DNA of 64,000 nt from an uncultured Chloroflexus sp. (GTDB lineage Bacteria; Chloroflexota; Chloroflexia; Chloroflexales; Chloroflexaceae). The stretch lies in contig NZ_CALFBQ010000057.1 of the NCBI RefSeq assembly GCF_937951745.1, positions 11,796-75,795 on the forward strand. The letters are read 5' to 3'. The stretch's first letter is position 1, and every line of letters starts with the position of its first letter. Below are positions 61,596-64,000 of the stretch, in pieces. The notes beneath the pieces were generated by a model that was given only the letters and a program-made list of their open reading frames with translations, searched no databases and was not told where the DNA came from. The position numbers and the translations under genes were made by a program.

Positions 61596-64000
61596 ATGAC
61601 CCCGCCACGCCGGGAGAAGTTGAACGGCATCTGGATTTCCGATGTCTCGATTCGCCAGCCCGTCTTCATCACGATGGTCATGCTGGCATTCATCACCTTC
61701 GGTATTCTCTCATTCCGCTCGACCCCCGTCAACCTCTTGCCTGAAATTGACGTGCCGATTGTGGCCGTCAGCGTCACCTATCCCGGCGCCGGCCCCGAAA
61801 GCGTCGTCGATCAGGTGGTACGTCCAATCGAGAATGCGGTAAACACCCTCGCCGGGCTCAAGCATATCACATCGCAAGCCAGCGAGGGTTTTGCTTTAAT
61901 TATTCTCGAATTTGAAGCCGGCAACCGGGCCGAAAAGCTCGAAGAGGATGTGCGGCAACGCGTGAATAGCATCTTGCCGCAACTGCCGCGCGACGTGCGG
62001 CAACCGGTCTTCCAGCGGTTTGATCCTAATCAGTCGCCAATTATGCAGATCGCCGTCGCCGATACGAGTGGACGCACCCCTCTCGAACTGCGCACGCTGA
62101 TCGAAAACGAGATCGTGCCGCGCATCCAGCGCGCCCCCGGTGTCGGCTCAGTGACGGTAAACGGTGGTCAACAGCGCCAGATCAACGTCTGGCTCGACCT
62201 CGCCAAGTTGCAGGCGTATGGCTTGCTGCCTGCGCAGGTCAGCCGGTCGCTGCAACAGGCAAACGTTGACCTTGGTCTTGGCACTATCGTTGAGAACAAT
62301 GCCGAGATCAGTCTGCGCGTACCCTCGCTGTTACGCAGCGTCGAGGATATTGCCCGCGTACAGATTTCGGGCACGCCCTACCGGGTGGGCGATGTGGCAG
62401 TCGTCGAAGAGGGTATTGCCGACGTTACCACCATTTCACGGCTGAACGGCAGCGACGCCATCATCCTCAACGTGCTCAAGCAATCGGGTGCCAATACCGT
62501 GACTGTCGCTGATAATGTCTACCGGGCGCTCGATCAGGCCTTTGCCGCATTTCCCGAACTGACATACAACATTCCGCTTGACTCGTCCGAGGCAGTGCGT
62601 TCATCGGTGCTCTCCTCGCTAGAAGAGTTGATGTTCGCCTCGATCGCGGCATTTCTGGTGGTATGGTTCTTCTTCCGTAACCTGCGCAGCACGATTATCA
62701 CGATGGCCGGTTTGCCGGTGATCTTGATCGGCACCTTCATTTTTATGCCGATCTTCGGCTTAACGATTAATCTCGTCACCCTGCTGGCGCTCTCGCTCTG
62801 CGTCGGTCTCGTAATCGACGACGCCATCGTGGTGCGCGAGAATATCTTCCGCCACCTCGAACGGGGCGAAAGCCCGCGGGTGGCTTCATCACGAGGCACG
62901 TGGGAAGTCGGCCTATCGGTAGTGGCAATGACGTTGACGATCGTGGCGGTCTTCGTGCCGGTCACCTTCGCCGAAGGCGTGGCCGGGATCGTCTTCAAGT
63001 CGTTCGGCTTGGTGGTCTCGATCGCGATTCTGCTCTCGCTGGCCGAAGCCTTTACCTTCGCGCCAATGATGTCAGCCAATCTGTTCCCCAATGTCAAGCT
63101 CAAGCCCAAGCCGCATCATGCTAAGCACGAACCGATCGTCGAAGTGCCGATTTCCGACGAGGTCAGCGAGCGCGACATCGGCTTGCTGCAAGAAGCCAAC
63201 GAAGACCCCGGCGTAATGGGCCGCTGGTACGGCAAATTGCTGGGTTGGACGCTAGCCAGTCTGCGTAACCGGCTGATCGTGGTCGGCATCTCGATTGCGG
63301 TGCTAGTGTTGAGCGTCTGGGTCGCGAGCGGTCTCAAGCTGACCTTCTTCCCTGAACAAGACCCGCACGAGTTCATCATGCGCTTCGAGGCAGCGCCGGG
63401 CACAACGCTGGCCGAAACCGACCGGCTAGCGCGGCAGGCCGAGCAGATCTTGCTGAACGATCCGGCGGTCGAGAATGTGATTGCGCGGGTGGGCGTAACC
63501 GGTTTTCCTGAGCGAGCCGAATTCGCAGTGACGCTGGTTGGCCGCACACCGACATTACCAACCCAAGAGCGCCTGCGTGAGCAGTTGAATTTCTTGCCGC
63601 GCTTGAGCTTCTCGGTGCCGAGCTTCCAACCCTCAAGTGCGGGGGTGGAAGGGCGCGAGCTGCAAGTGAGTTTGCAAACTACCCGTCCCGCCATCGAGCT
63701 AGCACCGATTGTCGAAGCCATCCAGCGCGAGATGGCAGCCATACCGGGATTGGTTGACATCGACAGCAATTTGCAAGTGGGCAAGCCCGAATTGCGCTTG
63801 CGTGCCGACCCGTCGCGCATCGGTGAGTTGGGCATTACCAACGAAGATATTGCCACTTCGGTGCGGGCCTTAATCAACGGTGACCGGGCTACAGTATTGC
63901 GCACCGGTACCAGCGATACTGACGTGGTAGTGCGCTTAGCCCCCCAAGATCGGGCCGGGATTGAGACCCTTGGCGCGATTAGTATCCCGACCCGCGCTGG
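61596..64000 (+). CDS. RND efflux transporter permease (AcrB/HAE family), 3' end outside window
   Basis: gggagga SD, then ATG at 61596. ISDVSIRQPVFITMVMLAFITFGILSF...LPEIDVPIVAVSVTYPGAGPE. The frame stays open to the window end, so it is absent from the ORF track. Confidence 0.9.
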   Translation, partial: MTPPRREKLNGIWISDVSIRQPVFITMVMLAFITFGILSFRSTPVNLLPEIDVPIVAVSVTYPGAGPESVVDQVVRPIENAVNTLAGLKHITSQASEGFALIILEFEAGNRAEKLEEDVRQRVNSILPQLPRDVRQPVFQRFDPNQSPIMQIAVADTSGRTPLELRTLIENEIVPRIQRAPGVGSVTVNGGQQRQINVWLDLAKLQAYGLLPAQVSRSLQQANVDLGLGTIVENNAEISLRVPSLLRSVEDIARVQISGTPYRVGDVAVVEEGIADVTTISRLNGSDAIILNVLKQSGANTVTVADNVYRALDQAFAAFPELTYNIPLDSSEAVRSSVLSSLEELMFASIAAFLVVWFFFRNLRSTIITMAGLPVILIGTFIFMPIFGLTINLVTLLALSLCVGLVIDDAIVVRENIFRHLERGESPRVASSRGTWEVGLSVVAMTLTIVAVFVPVTFAEGVAGIVFKSFGLVVSIAILLSLAEAFTFAPMMSANLFPNVKLKPKPHHAKHEPIVEVPISDEVSERDIGLLQEANEDPGVMGRWYGKLLGWTLASLRNRLIVVGISIAVLVLSVWVASGLKLTFFPEQDPHEFIMRFEAAPGTTLAETDRLARQAEQILLNDPAVENVIARVGVTGFPERAEFAVTLVGRTPTLPTQERLREQLNFLPRLSFSVPSFQPSSAGVEGRELQVSLQTTRPAIELAPIVEAIQREMAAIPGLVDIDSNLQVGKPELRLRADPSRIGELGITNEDIATSVRALINGDRATVLRTGTSDTDVVVRLAPQDRAGIETLGAISIPTRA

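Noticed and set aside
63116-63904. 262-aa minus-strand ORF
   Set aside because: It is antisense to the RND transporter gene. That gene's frame is open to the window end and is therefore missing from the ORF track.
1-64000. tRNA, rRNA, tmRNA, riboswitches, intact IS elements, integrases
   Set aside because: Reading the intergenic regions by eye, I found no cloverleaf-like or rRNA-like sequence, no known riboswitch core and no integrase or transposase ORF. A tRNAscan/Infernal run would be needed to be certain.

Overview
High-GC (roughly 60%) bacterial chromosomal segment, densely coding. The gene content looks like a filamentous anoxygenic phototroph (Chloroflexales-like). That is an inference from two BchH-type Mg-chelatase H paralogs and a 'tgtcattgcgag...agcaatctcc' palindromic repeat family; I cannot name the species.

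Layout:
- 1-20.7 kb: housekeeping and envelope genes. These are galK (5' partial), a hydrolase, an atypical OmpR regulator, ubiE, and a long minus-strand block with an asparaginase-like protein, a methyltransferase, a flippase-like protein, a GT2 and two GT-C glycosyltransferases, a HEAT/SH3 protein and coaBC. Then come rex and a protease operon (M4 peptidase, PrsW, membrane protein, emfourin-like).
- 20.9-31.9 kb: the accessory-looking zone. It holds an eRF1-like (baeRF) gene, a palindromic repeat element, and an orphan CARF-HEPN (Cas02710-like) gene with a truncated cas6-like stub and no CRISPR array. It also holds a 1220-aa multi-GAF histidine kinase with a NarL regulator, an AT-rich spacer, a PH-domain membrane protein plus Ser/Thr kinase operon convergent with a WYL regulator, and about 0.7 kb of decayed sequence.
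- 31.9-64 kb: marR-MFS, bchH paralog 1, aat, purL, a decayed sigma-54 (rpoN) pseudogene with two in-frame stops and at least two frameshifts, bchH paralog 2, a ParA with a zinc-ribbon tail, a STAS membrane protein, crp, argB, a DUF4129/DUF4350 cluster, and the 5' part of an RND efflux pump.

I found no rRNA, tRNA, intact transposase or CRISPR array by eye. All family assignments come from motif recognition in the supplied translations, not from database searches.
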